A stretch of DNA of 63,831 bases, counting the filler, from Globobulimina sp. (lineage: Eukaryota), in the NCBI GenBank assembly GCA_003354225.1. It is 37 parts of 37 records of this genome, joined end to end, with 100 filler letters (N's around TTAATTAATTAA, not from the genome) between each part and the next. Parts side by side here need not be neighbours in the genome. Positions count along the whole stretch, not along the records: positions 36,298 to 37,925 come from PIVH01013912.1; positions 38,026 to 39,653 come from PIVH01013913.1; positions 39,754 to 41,380 come from PIVH01013914.1; positions 41,481 to 43,107 come from PIVH01013915.1; positions 43,208 to 44,834 come from PIVH01013916.1; positions 44,935 to 46,561 come from PIVH01013917.1; positions 46,662 to 48,288 come from PIVH01013918.1; positions 48,389 to 50,015 come from PIVH01013919.1; 29 more parts are not named here. The stretch is one strand, 5' to 3'. Each line of letters begins with the position of its first letter. The stretch's first letter is position 1. The position numbers and the translations under genes are program-made. The notes under the pieces were generated by a model. The model had not been told where the DNA came from and did not search any database. It was given only the letters and a program-made list of their open reading frames with translations. Positions 37,697 through 49,063 of this stretch are shown one piece after another.

Positions 37697-38350
37697 TCTT
37701 CACACATAAAAACTATAAACAAAAAAAACATGCAAGGTACAAACGATTTCTTCAAAACAATAAGAAATCAATTTATGTTACAATGATAAAATAAGTTTAT
37801 TTATATAAACCAGGGCCAGGCAATACATTTTTTGTGCTTCTTCTCCTTACAAAGGTTGTGTAAGACATAGTTTGTTCCTGTTTACAAATCCGTATTTTGC
37901 AACCGGTCTTCCCTTTTTCCCCGGTNNNNNNNNNNNNNNNNNNNNNNNNNNNNNNNNNNNNNNNNNNNNTTAATTAATTAANNNNNNNNNNNNNNNNNNN
38001 NNNNNNNNNNNNNNNNNNNNNNNNNTTTTGAAGTTTTAGAGAAATTGGACTTTTTACGGTTTTGAAGCTTTTTGAGAAATCCAGATATTTACATTTTAAC
38101 AAATTCAACAAAAAAAAGGGTAGATGGTATCGAAAATGGTAATACAAATATTCAACTTGGTGATGAAATATGGCAACAAGTATTGACTCAAAGGAATACT
38201 ACCAATTGCTATGACACACAGTATTTTGAAAGTAATTGCTAGTTAATAATTATTAATTATATATCACCATGGCCATAAATACACTTTTTTCCTTATTACA
38301 AACCTTGTCAGATTTATACTTTATAGTGCCGCTGTAGCATATCAGTTGCA

Positions 38351-39589
38351 ATGGACACAACAACTTTGGAAGACTCTGATGATGAGATGCCAGTTGTAAT
38401 TGATAATGGTTCAGGTCTTATAAAGGCAGGATTTGGAGGCAATGACTTGCCATCGGCAGTATTCCCATCCATTGTTGGTCGACCTCGTCATAAGGGCGTA
38501 ATGGTTGGAATGAATCAAGTTGACGTTTATGTAGGAGACGAATCCTGGGCAAAAAGAGGTATATTATGTCAAAAATATCCAATTGAGCATGGTATTGTTA
38601 CTAGGTGGGATGATATGGAGAAAATATGGCATCACACATTTTACAACGAGCTCCAAATAGCGCCCGATGAGCATTCCGTTTTATTGACGGAGACCGTACT
38701 AAATCCCAAAGCAAATAGGGAGAAAATGACACAAATTATATTTGAAACATTCAATGTTCCCTCATATTATGTGTTACAGCAAGCAGTGGCAACATTATAT
38801 TCCTGTGGAGCCACAACTGGACTCGTCATCGAATCCGGAGAGTCTGTAACAAGGATAGTGCCTATTTATGAAGGTTATTGTTTACCGGATGCGGTCTGCA
38901 AAATGTATATTGGTGGTAGGGATATAACGCAATATTTGCGCAATTTATTGAATCAGCGCGGATATCAAATTACCGGCACATCGCAAGAGATACAAATTGT
39001 GAAAGATATGAAGCAGAAATATGGATTTGTCGCAATGGATTATGACAAAGCATTGGAGGCTGATGATATGGAACAAGAATATGAGTTACCTGATGGGCTA
39101 TGTTTAAGTATTGGAAAAGAACAGTTTGAATGTACAGAATTATTATTTAAACCGGAAAAATGTCCGGATTTAGTCGGATTGGAATATGATGGAATCGCCA
39201 AATGTGTATATGATGCGATACAAAAATGCGATGCTGATGTTCAAAATGAATTGTTTGAGAATATAATATTTGGCGGAGGCAATACTATGTTTAAAGGAAT
39301 TGAGCAACGGTTATTGAAGGAACTTAATGAAATGGTGAGTAAAGAAGTTTTGGTGGATGGCTATGTTCGGAGATATTATAGAAATAAGCAATTATATAAA
39401 GATATTGTTGATTTAATGAATAAATATACATCATTTACACCGAAAATAGTTGCTTCGGAACAGAGAGCATATTCAGCGTGGATTGGTGGATCGATACTGT
39501 CGTCGTTAACAACATTCGAAGAAATGTGGATCGAAAGAGAAGAATATGATGAATTTGGACCAAGCATTGTACATAGAAAATGCACATAA
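38351..39589 (+). CDS. Divergent actin/actin-like protein, intronless, with a 29-aa insertion
   Basis: VIDNGSGLIKAGF, FPSIVGRPRH, YPIEHGIV..WDDMEKIWHHTFYNEL, WIGGSILSSL, GPSIVHRKC. Confidence 0.95.
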   Translation: MDTTTLEDSDDEMPVVIDNGSGLIKAGFGGNDLPSAVFPSIVGRPRHKGVMVGMNQVDVYVGDESWAKRGILCQKYPIEHGIVTRWDDMEKIWHHTFYNELQIAPDEHSVLLTETVLNPKANREKMTQIIFETFNVPSYYVLQQAVATLYSCGATTGLVIESGESVTRIVPIYEGYCLPDAVCKMYIGGRDITQYLRNLLNQRGYQITGTSQEIQIVKDMKQKYGFVAMDYDKALEADDMEQEYELPDGLCLSIGKEQFECTELLFKPEKCPDLVGLEYDGIAKCVYDAIQKCDADVQNELFENIIFGGGNTMFKGIEQRLLKELNEMVSKEVLVDGYVRRYYRNKQLYKDIVDLMNKYTSFTPKIVASEQRAYSAWIGGSILSSLTTFEEMWIEREEYDEFGPSIVHRKCT

Positions 39590-39840
39590 GATTTTTTTCT
39601 TTTTGTTGAATTTTATATCTATATTTTGATCTATACAACGCCACCACGACCAANNNNNNNNNNNNNNNNNNNNNNNNNNNNNNNNNNNNNNNNNNNNTTA
39701 ATTAATTAANNNNNNNNNNNNNNNNNNNNNNNNNNNNNNNNNNNNNNNNNNNNCACTCTGGTGTATCCTCAGCTACATCCAAGCAGATCCAAATTCATAT
39801 CATAATCCAGTTTATACAATTCATACTCTATATATATACA

Positions 39841-41234
39841 ATGCACGAAAAACAACCACCAACTAAAATAGAAGAGAAACAAGAAATAAATTACGGTACG
39901 AAAGCCATCGACAAAGTCAACGCAAACATCAAAGCCAAGCGTCGTTTCTATTCATTTGAATTTTACCCCCCACGAACCGCCAAAGGGGTGGCAAATTTGC
40001 AGAAATCCATCACCAATATGGTCTCTTGGAAGCCACAATGGATGGATGTCACATGGGGTGCTGGTGGGACTACTTCCGACCTAACCCCTGAAATTTGTAA
40101 TTACATTCAAAACACAGCCAATGGCAATTGTATGATGCACTTAACGTGCACCAATATGGTGCCTGAGAAGGTTGACATTGCCTTACAACAAGCAAAAGTT
40201 TAGTGTTTATTGTTTAAATTCTGATTCCTATGATTTATATCCTCGCACTCTCCATATATTGTTATCAGGCCATGGGTTTTAAGAATATCTTAGCTTTGCG
40301 AGGTGACCCACCCAAAGGACAAGAAAAATGGACCGCCATTGAAGGTGGCTTTGAATGCGCATTGGATTTAATTAAATATATTAAGAAACAGTACGGCGAT
40401 TATTTTGGGATCACAGTGAGTGGCTATCCCGAGGGACATCCGGTTGTTCGCAAAATCATCACTGATAAAGGTTGGGATGCTCAGAAAAATGAAAATCCAA
40501 AATATTACGCTGTGCACGAATTAGAGGATGGCAGTTTTGAAGGTGTCTCGCCTGAGGATTGGGTGAATGAATTGGATTACTTACAAAAGAAAGTCGATGC
40601 GGGCGGACAGGTTATTATCACTCAGTTATTTTACGACGCACAGTTATTTATTGAGTGGGTGAAGGCTGTGCGTGCGCATGGCATCACTGCTCCTATTTTA
40701 CCAGGTTTGTTGCGGTGACATGACCGGCATTTACTTAGTAAAGTTTTTTTAGAGTGAAGTAAAGTGAAAATGTGTTTTTTTTTTGTTTCAGGTATTATGC
40801 CGATTAGAAATCATGGGTCGTTTGGCAGAATGACTGGTTTTTGTAAGACTGTGATACCAAAAGATTTGAAGGCAACGTTACTAAAATTGAAGGATAATGT
40901 TGATGAATTATATGAATTTGGTATGGATTATTTGCATAAAATGTGTACGGAAGTGCTATCTGCAAAGGATAAAGATGGCAATTTTTTAGTTCCCGGACTA
41001 CATTTTTATACTATGAATACAGAGAAATGTACGATTGAAATTGTGGCCAAATGTAAAATTGGATGTGAAGATAAAGGGTTTGAAGCACATTTAAATAATG
41101 AATTAAAGCGGGTGTTGAATGAAGCGAAACTGAAAAAAGAAGAGAAAAAAAGAAAGGAGGAAGAGAAAACCAAAGCGGTTACAAAAGCAGCGCCAATTCA
41201 ACAGGGGGAATTTAATGAAGTTAATAGCTTTTAA
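39841..41234 (+). CDS. MTHFR: Methylenetetrahydrofolate reductase, catalytic domain only; introns 40198-40268 and 40705-40791
   Basis: SFEFYPPRT, VTWGAGG, MHLTCTN, NILALRGDPP, GYPEGHP, KVDAG..IITQLFYD, PGIMPI, GLHFYTMN. Confidence 0.96.
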
Positions 41235-41568
41235 TATCTTGCAATACAATGACATTGACAGTCTTTCGTTACTGTGACCGATTGTTTGTAGTTAGTTTTT
41301 TTATCGTTTTTATTTTTTCAATCAATTATTTTTATTTTTTCTAGGTAAATATTGAAAAATAATAACAGTTTCTCTGTGCGNNNNNNNNNNNNNNNNNNNN
41401 NNNNNNNNNNNNNNNNNNNNNNNNTTAATTAATTAANNNNNNNNNNNNNNNNNNNNNNNNNNNNNNNNNNNNNNNNNNNNTATTAGGTGATAACCCTGAT
41501 ATTAAAGTTTTCGCGAAGTAGGCTAGTCATCCCAAAAGTGAAGTCTTCAGTGAAAAAACAAAAACGTA

Positions 41569-43107
41569 ATGGCATCGTTTCAGAAAGTAAAGATAGTATT
41601 GGTTCAGAAATACCATAATATAAAACAATCCCATAAACTATGTGCGGCAGATTTAAATGATACAATTTTAAAACTACGAGCACAAATTATTCAAATACAT
41701 CAATTACAAAATGTTTCTGTAAACGATATTGAAATATTTATAAAAGGAAATATTATTTCATCAAATGACAATAATAAATTATTATCACAATATTGTGTGA
41801 CAAGATATTGTTCCGTATATTGGATTAATTCAAAAACGTTTGTTAATACATTTTACAAAGCTGTCGGTGTAAAAAGCTCAATACAATTTGTTAAAGAATC
41901 TCAATATAAAATTAACTCACCATTTAGGTTAATATTAAATAATATGCAAAATAAGGGAAAATCAAATGGATTATTTGATTTACAACTATTGACATTAAAT
42001 AATATTTATAATAAAATTATTAAATATGAAACAAATCAAAAAATATATGGAAAACAATATACATACAATATAAAAAATATATTTTTATTTATAAAATATA
42101 ATAACAGATTTAAATATATTCCAAATACAAGCGCTAGCAATGACGATGACAATCAACTTTTATCTCAACACCTTCCCGTTTCAGATGAAAAGAAGGATGA
42201 CACAGAGAATGGAGATGATGACATAGAAAATATTGAATTATATTGGTTTGATAAAGACATAATATTTAATAAATTCTATATTTCATCAAAATTATCATTG
42301 TCTACATTGGAGAGTATTCAACAAAAAATTACGCAATTAAGTATTAAACAGCAATATTTATTAATATATGTTGAAAATATTATTAACGGTCAAACTATGA
42401 GTGGAATATATGAAATTACATCAAATTCAACAATGCAGACTGCAAAAGATTATATTGAAACAAATATTGAATTAATTATTTCAAATGATGATTATAAAAA
42501 TGATTTGCAATATTTTCGTGTACAGAATAATGTTTCAAGTGCTACACTATTATGTGATGAAAAGGAGTATGATTTTACATCAACTAAAACGCTATGTATT
42601 CAATGTTTAAATGCAAGCAAAATATTAAATAATTTTATAAATATATGTCAAAAAAGATGTGATAATGTATGTAATGCATTTGCTTTTTTATCCATTAATA
42701 AAAATAAAAAATACGTTAAAATTTCTGTAAAAAATGAAATGAGCAAATTTGCAACAACATATCGTGGCATATTTGAGTTAAGCAATGATTTAAATGTATT
42801 ATCGATAAAAAAGGTTATAAACCGTGCATTGTATAATAATAAATATGAAGCAAAAGTTATATTATTATTTGATAATAAGTTACTAAATGATAAAGATTTA
42901 ATTAATAATAAAAAACCCCTTAAAAACTTTGAATTGGGTGTAATTAATAATAAAATAAATTATAAAAAATTTGTAATACCATTAAGATATACAACGGCTA
43001 TTTACTACACACAGTATATATTAAAGTCGACGGTAGAAAATTTATATTCATGTTGGAATGATTACTTATCATTAATGGTATCATATTATTTATGGAATGA
43101 TAAAAAA
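41569..43107 (+). CDS. Large N/K/I-rich hypothetical protein, possibly with degenerate ubiquitin-like repeats (3' truncated)
   Basis: Over 500 codons open in very AT-rich DNA; DTILKLRAQI...IEIFIKGNII and NVLSIKKVI...ILLFDNKLLND resemble beta-grasp segments. Confidence 0.5.
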
Positions 43108-43644
43108 NNNNNNNNNNNNNNNNNNNNNNNNNNNNNNNNNNNNNNNNNNNNTTAATTAATTAANNNNNNNNNNNNNNNNNNNNNNNNNNNNNNNNNNNNN
43201 NNNNNNNTTATATTTCGTGGATACTTGCGATGGTCACTGCCTATTTGGGCTTTAATTTACCAATTATCCATCAAGAATTATTAGGGTTTATCCATTTGTT
43301 TGGATGGTGTTTATTTATTTTTATTGTTTATATCGCATTCACAATGATTGGATGTTCAATAAACAAAAAGGAATCACATGTCCGGGTAGCAGATGGTATA
43401 TACCATGATGAGTCTGATCAATTGGAAGAAGAGTCTGATAAATTGGTTGATTGTAAAATGTAACACTTTTATTTTTTGTTAGAATTGGCTTTCTGGTTTA
43501 TTTGTATCTTTAATTTTATTTTTTTAGCTTTCTAGTGCAAATATATATGCATGCAATGATAATTAAAAGGAAATCAAGTCAACCCACTGCATCTGCATTA
43601 TTTCCAACAAAAACATTTTAGCACATTTTTTTTATTCAAACATA

Positions 43645-44262
43645 ATGTCAAATAAGAGAAGTATTTCAAATATTAATATGAATGCAAACAATGCCGAATG
43701 TATTCCAATTCCGCCACCAAAGAAGCGTAAATTGGACAGCGATGATATATTGGAAGAAAAAAAACAAAAATTAAATTCCAAAGTATTACACAGAAATAGA
43801 TCAACAATATCTATCACATTTGGTGATGTTTCCGAAAATCATGTTGGAATGGAAAAAAACGGTAAAATGGCAGAGCAAGGATTCACTATTAATGATTTGA
43901 AAAATTATGAGCAAAAATTCATTCAACGTGGAAACAAAACAGAATTTATATTATTAAATGATTATTTACCATCAGATATCAATGTGGACACAAAAGCCGC
44001 AGTGTTAATCATCAGAAATGGCGCTGATTGTATGCTAAAACATATTAATAAAAACGTAAAGGATTTATATGTGGAACAATCTGCATTGCCCATTGATACA
44101 ATGTACTATGATCGAAGAAGAAAGAAGGTATTAAATAAAAATGCGCGCGGCAACTTATGTTTTGATGCAATTGGACATAATTCAGATTACGAAAACGGAA
44201 AAGGAACAGTTATATCATACAATGATGTGCCGGTCACCAAATATATTCGTAACCAGCTTAAT
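43645..44262 (+). CDS. N-terminal half of a giant-virus-type AlkB/2OG-Fe(II) oxygenase-like protein with an NLS
   Basis: [51 protein letters not shown] as recalled from NCLDV oxygenase-like proteins; catalytic HxD half absent. Confidence 0.6.
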
Positions 44263-44811
44263 AAAACTAATCTCCCGATTATTGCCATGACAGCACATGC
44301 CATGTATGGTGATCGTGAAAGATGTCTTGCTGCAGGTATGAATGATTATGTGCCAAAACCGATTGACCGGAAAGAACTTTTCGCAGCACTTCGAAAACAT
44401 ATATCACGACTTGGTGAAGAATTACCATATAGTGATGAAGGGCTTTCCGTAGAACAGCCATATTATGTTCCAGGTATTGATATGTCTGCAGGTGTTGAAC
44501 GACTGGGTGGGAATTGGGAAAAATATATCGATATTGTTGTTGAGTTTTGCGGCAGTTTTGAAAATTCATTTAATCAGTTTACAGATTTCATAGAAAAGGG
44601 TACTTATGGTGATGCGAGACTAATGGCACATTCAATGAAAGGGGTCGCAGCAAATATATCAGCTGTTGACCTTGGTATTGTAACCGGAGCACTCGAAGAG
44701 GCACTGGAGAAAAAAGAGAAAGAACAGTCATTAAGACTTGTCAGGGCCGTGGAAGAGGTCTTTGTTCAGATTCGTGATTCTCTGGAAAAGATGGGGCATG
44801 GGGAAAAATGA
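44263..44811 (+). CDS. Bacterial hybrid histidine kinase C-terminus: half REC domain plus Hpt domain
   Basis: [44 protein letters not shown]; stop overlaps the next ATG (ATGA) after a G-rich SD-like stretch. Confidence 0.9.
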   Translation, partial: KTNLPIIAMTAHAMYGDRERCLAAGMNDYVPKPIDRKELFAALRKHISRLGEELPYSDEGLSVEQPYYVPGIDMSAGVERLGGNWEKYIDIVVEFCGSFENSFNQFTDFIEKGTYGDARLMAHSMKGVAANISAVDLGIVTGALEEALEKKEKEQSLRLVRAVEEVFVQIRDSLEKMGHGEK

Positions 44812-44934
44812 AAAATTCATGTTTTTGGAAAGCGNNNNNNNNNNNNNNNNNNNNNNNNNNNNNNNNNNNNNNNNNNNNTTAATTAATTAANNNNNNNNNN
44901 NNNNNNNNNNNNNNNNNNNNNNNNNNNNNNNNNN

Positions 44935-45720
44935 GTAAATCAAATTGTTTTTAATGAGAATTGTTTAGAGAGCTTATTACAAAATGTATTTATTGCGAAA
45001 GTTCATAATAATACAATGAACGAATTATCATTGATTGGGAAAAGTCATTTTGTTGATAAGAATGGAATGAAATCATTTGTGAAATTATTAAAATATCTTT
45101 CAAACAATAAAAACAATACAAATATATCTGTGTTAACTTTAGGAGTATTTTCAATGCAAAAGAAAGAAATAGAAACAGAATTATTGAGTTTAATTAAAAA
45201 TGTAAAATCTTATAAAATTCATATTCAATTTGAAGATTTATTTTTTGATAAAATTAAGAAATATTTTGCTGCATATTTTGAAGCATTGTATAATGTCATG
45301 AACGAAATCAACGAATCTAAAATAATTATTGAAACATTAAAAATTTTATCCATTCCAAACGAAATCATTTGTTTAATTTTAAACTATTCAAAATATCGAC
45401 AGTTTGATTTGGAAATAAGACAACCTGTAAAGGTAATTAATGTGACAAATGGTGTTCGATATGAACATAATTGGAAAGATATGCAACAATATCAGGTTCA
45501 TTTGAAAAAAATTATAACAGAAAATGTAAATAAATTGATATCATATTTTGATAAAATGATTGATGATCATAAAGATATATATCATGATTTCAAATCGAAT
45601 TTAAATGTAAAATCTACGTCAAAGTTATCATCAAAATTTAGAAAATATATGAAGCTTATTTTTGAAAAAGGAACAGATGTTCACATACAAAGTTTTTCTT
45701 TATTATGGAATTTGGATTAA
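44935..45720 (+). CDS. Hypothetical protein C-terminus containing an IPxEIxxLIxxY helical motif
   Basis: Long ORF open from the contig start; SIPNEIICLILNY. Confidence 0.45.
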   Translation, partial: VNQIVFNENCLESLLQNVFIAKVHNNTMNELSLIGKSHFVDKNGMKSFVKLLKYLSNNKNNTNISVLTLGVFSMQKKEIETELLSLIKNVKSYKIHIQFEDLFFDKIKKYFAAYFEALYNVMNEINESKIIIETLKILSIPNEIICLILNYSKYRQFDLEIRQPVKVINVTNGVRYEHNWKDMQQYQVHLKKIITENVNKLISYFDKMIDDHKDIYHDFKSNLNVKSTSKLSSKFRKYMKLIFEKGTDVHIQSFSLLWNLD

Positions 45721-46262
45721 CAAACAATATATGCACGAATAATGTAAATAAGACTTCTATGTAATTAAACGATCGAACAGCTTAAATAAATCTTTTTGCA
45801 CAGAAACGGTCGATCTAAAATGCCACTCATACAGAACGGATGAAACGCAAATGTTTACGGCAATGATAACGATTGAATTGGCAGCATTTGCCATCCTTGT
45901 GTTGACCAGTAAACAACAAACGTTTCTGAAACACTTATGTTTATTCATGTACAGTCAACAAGGAGAGTACTCAAGAGAAAACTGTAACTACCTTTGTTTT
46001 GGTGGTCGATCACTAATCATGTGGCCAGCGAACGGAAAGATCTTCCATACCATCACCATTATTATTATTATTTCTCTGTGGAGATGCAAAGCTATCTGCT
46101 AATGCATCTAACTTATCATTGGAATGCAATGAGTAACGATAGCGTTTGTTACTAGACATTGCAGAAACGATTGCAAGATTACTAGAAGATTACTTAAAGA
46201 TTACAAGATTACAGGGGCTAACAATTTTTTAATGTTTTCTTGAAGTGAATTAATAATATTCA

Positions 46263-46561
46263 ATGTCAAGTTTAAAGCATGAAACAAAACCAAAAGTATT
46301 TAATCTTTCAGGCCAGAAAGAGTTCAACTTGTGTTTTTCTGGATATGTGTATCAATATATTAGACGCAACATCACCATTCCAAATGGGATAATTAATATG
46401 ATATTTGAATATCAAAAATCATGTTGGGATGAAACAATATCAAATGATGGACTTAAAATTGATGCAGGTAACGTTTATCATGATAGATTAGCTGTAGGTT
46501 ATATCTGTTCATTTGGAACACAAGATTTAGAATTTGGAATCTATGAATGGAAAATTAATAT
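46263..46561 (+). CDS. N-terminus of a protein with a GY...IPxxIxxMIxxY motif followed by a SPRY/B30.2-like start
   Basis: FSGYVYQYIRRNITIPNGIINMIFEY...SFGT....GIYEWKI. Confidence 0.5.
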
Positions 46562-46782
46562 NNNNNNNNNNNNNNNNNNNNNNNNNNNNNNNNNNNNNNN
46601 NNNNNTTAATTAATTAANNNNNNNNNNNNNNNNNNNNNNNNNNNNNNNNNNNNNNNNNNNNTGTGTTTGCTTGTTCGTTCCTTTTTGTTTACAAAAGGTC
46701 ACAAAATCGTACCGTAACAAGAGTGTATACAATCAAGTTCTTTAAAAACATTTTGAAATTAATTGAAGGTCAAAAGCGATTA

Positions 46783-48288
46783 TTAATCCGATTCAGTATC
46801 ACTATCAATAATCACTCTTTTACTTTTATTTTTTTTCCTTCTTTCTTTTGAACGTATCATATTCTTTGAATTTAAACTATTTGAATAAGAAAATATAATA
46901 TGCTCATAATTTCTTAATTTTAATCTTATAGACTTTTCCTCAAATTTAGTTTCCTTATTCCATTCATTGTCACACACACCATATTGTCTCAAAACATATT
47001 TTAATTTCACATATTTTGCTTTTATGTGCGAATGATTTATAAATAATATATTATAAATTGGTGTAAATATTAATTCATCTTTTAAATACTTAAACTGTCC
47101 GTTGTATTTGACTGGGAAAATAATATTATCCTTCCTTTCATAATACGGATAAATCATATTTTCATACAATGCATTCTGAAAGGTTTTAAATTCGAATGAA
47201 TTCATATATCGCGATTTTAGTGTCATTCTATTCTTCCATGTAAAACTACGCGATATTATTTTATCCGCATTGCTATACTTGGGAATGGATGGAATTGGCG
47301 CAATTTCTAATGGTTTGGCCACAACATTTTCATCAATCTCTTCATCTTTCTCTCGCAATCGCTGCGCCAATCGATTAATATCAATAAAGGCATGCGATAT
47401 ACATGCATTACATTGAAAATTCTGACAATAAAATAGCATTGCCGATAAACACCCATTCCAACATGTGTCAATGTCATAGGTCATAAAATTAATGGACTCG
47501 GCCATATTGGGCCCCGTATTTAGACCGCCATGAATGCCGCCGGGTGGTGTCACAACTATATCGCCTGGTTCTTGTCGGATAAAATAAACGGGGATACCCA
47601 TTGATAATAATATGTAGGGATCAAACCAATATATCTTATGTTGTAGTGGTGTTTCGCAGTGGTCGCCTCCATCTGAATTGTACTGTGCGCGAATAAATGG
47701 CATTACCCGGCTATGGTGCGCTGGATGGATGCAATACCATATCTTATTATTGCCCCACAACAAGTGATTGACCGCAAACAAATTCATATCTTCGCTATGA
47801 AAGGCAAAAAACGTATCTTGTTGACCAACATAGACGTACGGCGATTCCACCCCTAACATTATTTCTTCTTTTTTAAATGCTGAGAACGGTCCATATCGAG
47901 ATAAATGACTTAATTGCAATGCAGATTCGAAATGATACACTGAATCCTCATCGATTATCCCATACTGCACACTAGACATTCTCCTGCAAATATTATCACA
48001 AAAAATTAATGGGATCTCTTCCGCCGTTGCATTGTCATACAAACTGCCATTCTCCATTCGTTTTTCAAATGCATCAATATCCCAAAAACTAGACATTGCC
48101 TCTTTTTCCTTGCGCTCTGTTTGTTGAATCACAATGGCAAATCCACGATTTATATGTTTCTGTGCGGGAACATAATAATTATCATAATAATTATAACTGT
48201 TGTTAGCTGTGCTGTTTTTGCAATGGTTGCCAGTATAGGCAGCACGTGGTTGCACTTTAAAATCAATGGCATCCGTACCATCATTATC
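46783..48288 (-). CDS. JmjC histone demethylase, KDM4/JMJD2-like
   Basis: GVESPYVYVG...FAFHSEDMNLFAVN..WG..KIWY, QHK, QEPGDIVVT...HGGLNTG.NMAESINF (H-x-E...H triad). Confidence 0.9.
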   Translation of the reverse strand, partial: DNDGTDAIDFKVQPRAAYTGNHCKNSTANNSYNYYDNYYVPAQKHINRGFAIVIQQTERKEKEAMSSFWDIDAFEKRMENGSLYDNATAEEIPLIFCDNICRRMSSVQYGIIDEDSVYHFESALQLSHLSRYGPFSAFKKEEIMLGVESPYVYVGQQDTFFAFHSEDMNLFAVNHLLWGNNKIWYCIHPAHHSRVMPFIRAQYNSDGGDHCETPLQHKIYWFDPYILLSMGIPVYFIRQEPGDIVVTPPGGIHGGLNTGPNMAESINFMTYDIDTCWNGCLSAMLFYCQNFQCNACISHAFIDINRLAQRLREKDEEIDENVVAKPLEIAPIPSIPKYSNADKIISRSFTWKNRMTLKSRYMNSFEFKTFQNALYENMIYPYYERKDNIIFPVKYNGQFKYLKDELIFTPIYNILFINHSHIKAKYVKLKYVLRQYGVCDNEWNKETKFEEKSIRLKLRNYEHIIFSYSNSLNSKNMIRSKERRKKNKSKRVIIDSDTESD

Positions 48289-48388
48289 NNNNNNNNNNNN
48301 NNNNNNNNNNNNNNNNNNNNNNNNNNNNNNNNTTAATTAATTAANNNNNNNNNNNNNNNNNNNNNNNNNNNNNNNNNNNNNNNNNNNN

Positions 48389-48569
48389 TCAGTAACTGCC
48401 GGGCGCTGTTTCTCAATCGAGGTGGCAGCAACTCGGCCAAGTCAGCCTCAGTGTCAGGCGCAAGTTCGGTCGCAGTTACTGGTGTTTCAGGTATTTCTGT
48501 TGGGTCTTGAACACTTTGTAGCAATCGTTGAAATTCGGATTCCGGGACCAATATCATTCGTTCACACAT
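48389..48569 (-). CDS. Polinton PZ-like protein N-terminus (3' truncated)
   Basis: RMILVP N-terminal motif; LPPRLRNSARQLL; start overlaps the stop of the upstream ORF. Confidence 0.5.
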
Positions 48570-48874
48570 ATCAGTGCCAGTCGGGAGATTGTCTTGACAA
48601 TAAAGGGCTTTGCAGCCAAAACTTGGCGACGTGCAGTGAGGGACTGTCTCTTATTGATAATAATCACCAAATGTTTCTTGTAAGGCTTTAGAGGGGCTTT
48701 GTCTTCGATCGACAAACCACAATCTTCGGTTCCAACCAAATTAAGAGCTACCTCACACAGGAAGTCTATAGTGTTCTTGTCAGAAGCCGAAATTAGAGCT
48801 GAGATTTGTTTCAGACTGAAGGTGGAGATAGACTCGAGAAGAGAGCGCTGTGAATCAGGGAGCCAACCGCTCAT
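48554..48874 (-). CDS. Polinton PW/adintovirus gasderminX-like small protein
   Basis: IDFLCEVALNLV...LKPYKKHL..I......ARRQVL pattern; position immediately downstream of the capsid gene. Confidence 0.7.
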   Translation of the reverse strand: MSGWLPDSQRSLLESISTFSLKQISALISASDKNTIDFLCEVALNLVGTEDCGLSIEDKAPLKPYKKHLVIIINKRQSLTARRQVLAAKPFIVKTISRLALICVNE

Positions 48875-48919
48875 CACTAGTGCAAATGATAGAAATGAGG
48901 AAATGTCACTACCGACTGT

Positions 48920-48965
48920 TTTTATAATGTGAGGCGTTGCGCAGAATAGTATTTACAATTTTATT
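48920..48965 (-). promoter_or_regulatory. Candidate AATAAA (48960-48965) after the capsid gene and TATAAAA (48920-48926) before the PW-like gene
   Basis: Both motifs lie on the minus strand in the intergenic gap, in the expected order. Confidence 0.4.
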
Positions 48966-49063
48966 TTTTCTAATGTACAGTGCAAGTGCAAATATATACA
49001 ACAAGTGCAGGTATATACAACAAGATAGTCGACTAACAATAATGGTTACATATAGCATACATA

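Noticed and set aside
43645-44811. A functional oxygenase-REC-Hpt signalling protein taken at face value
   Set aside because: Both domains are cut mid-fold and composition shifts at the junction; kept only as a probable chimera.
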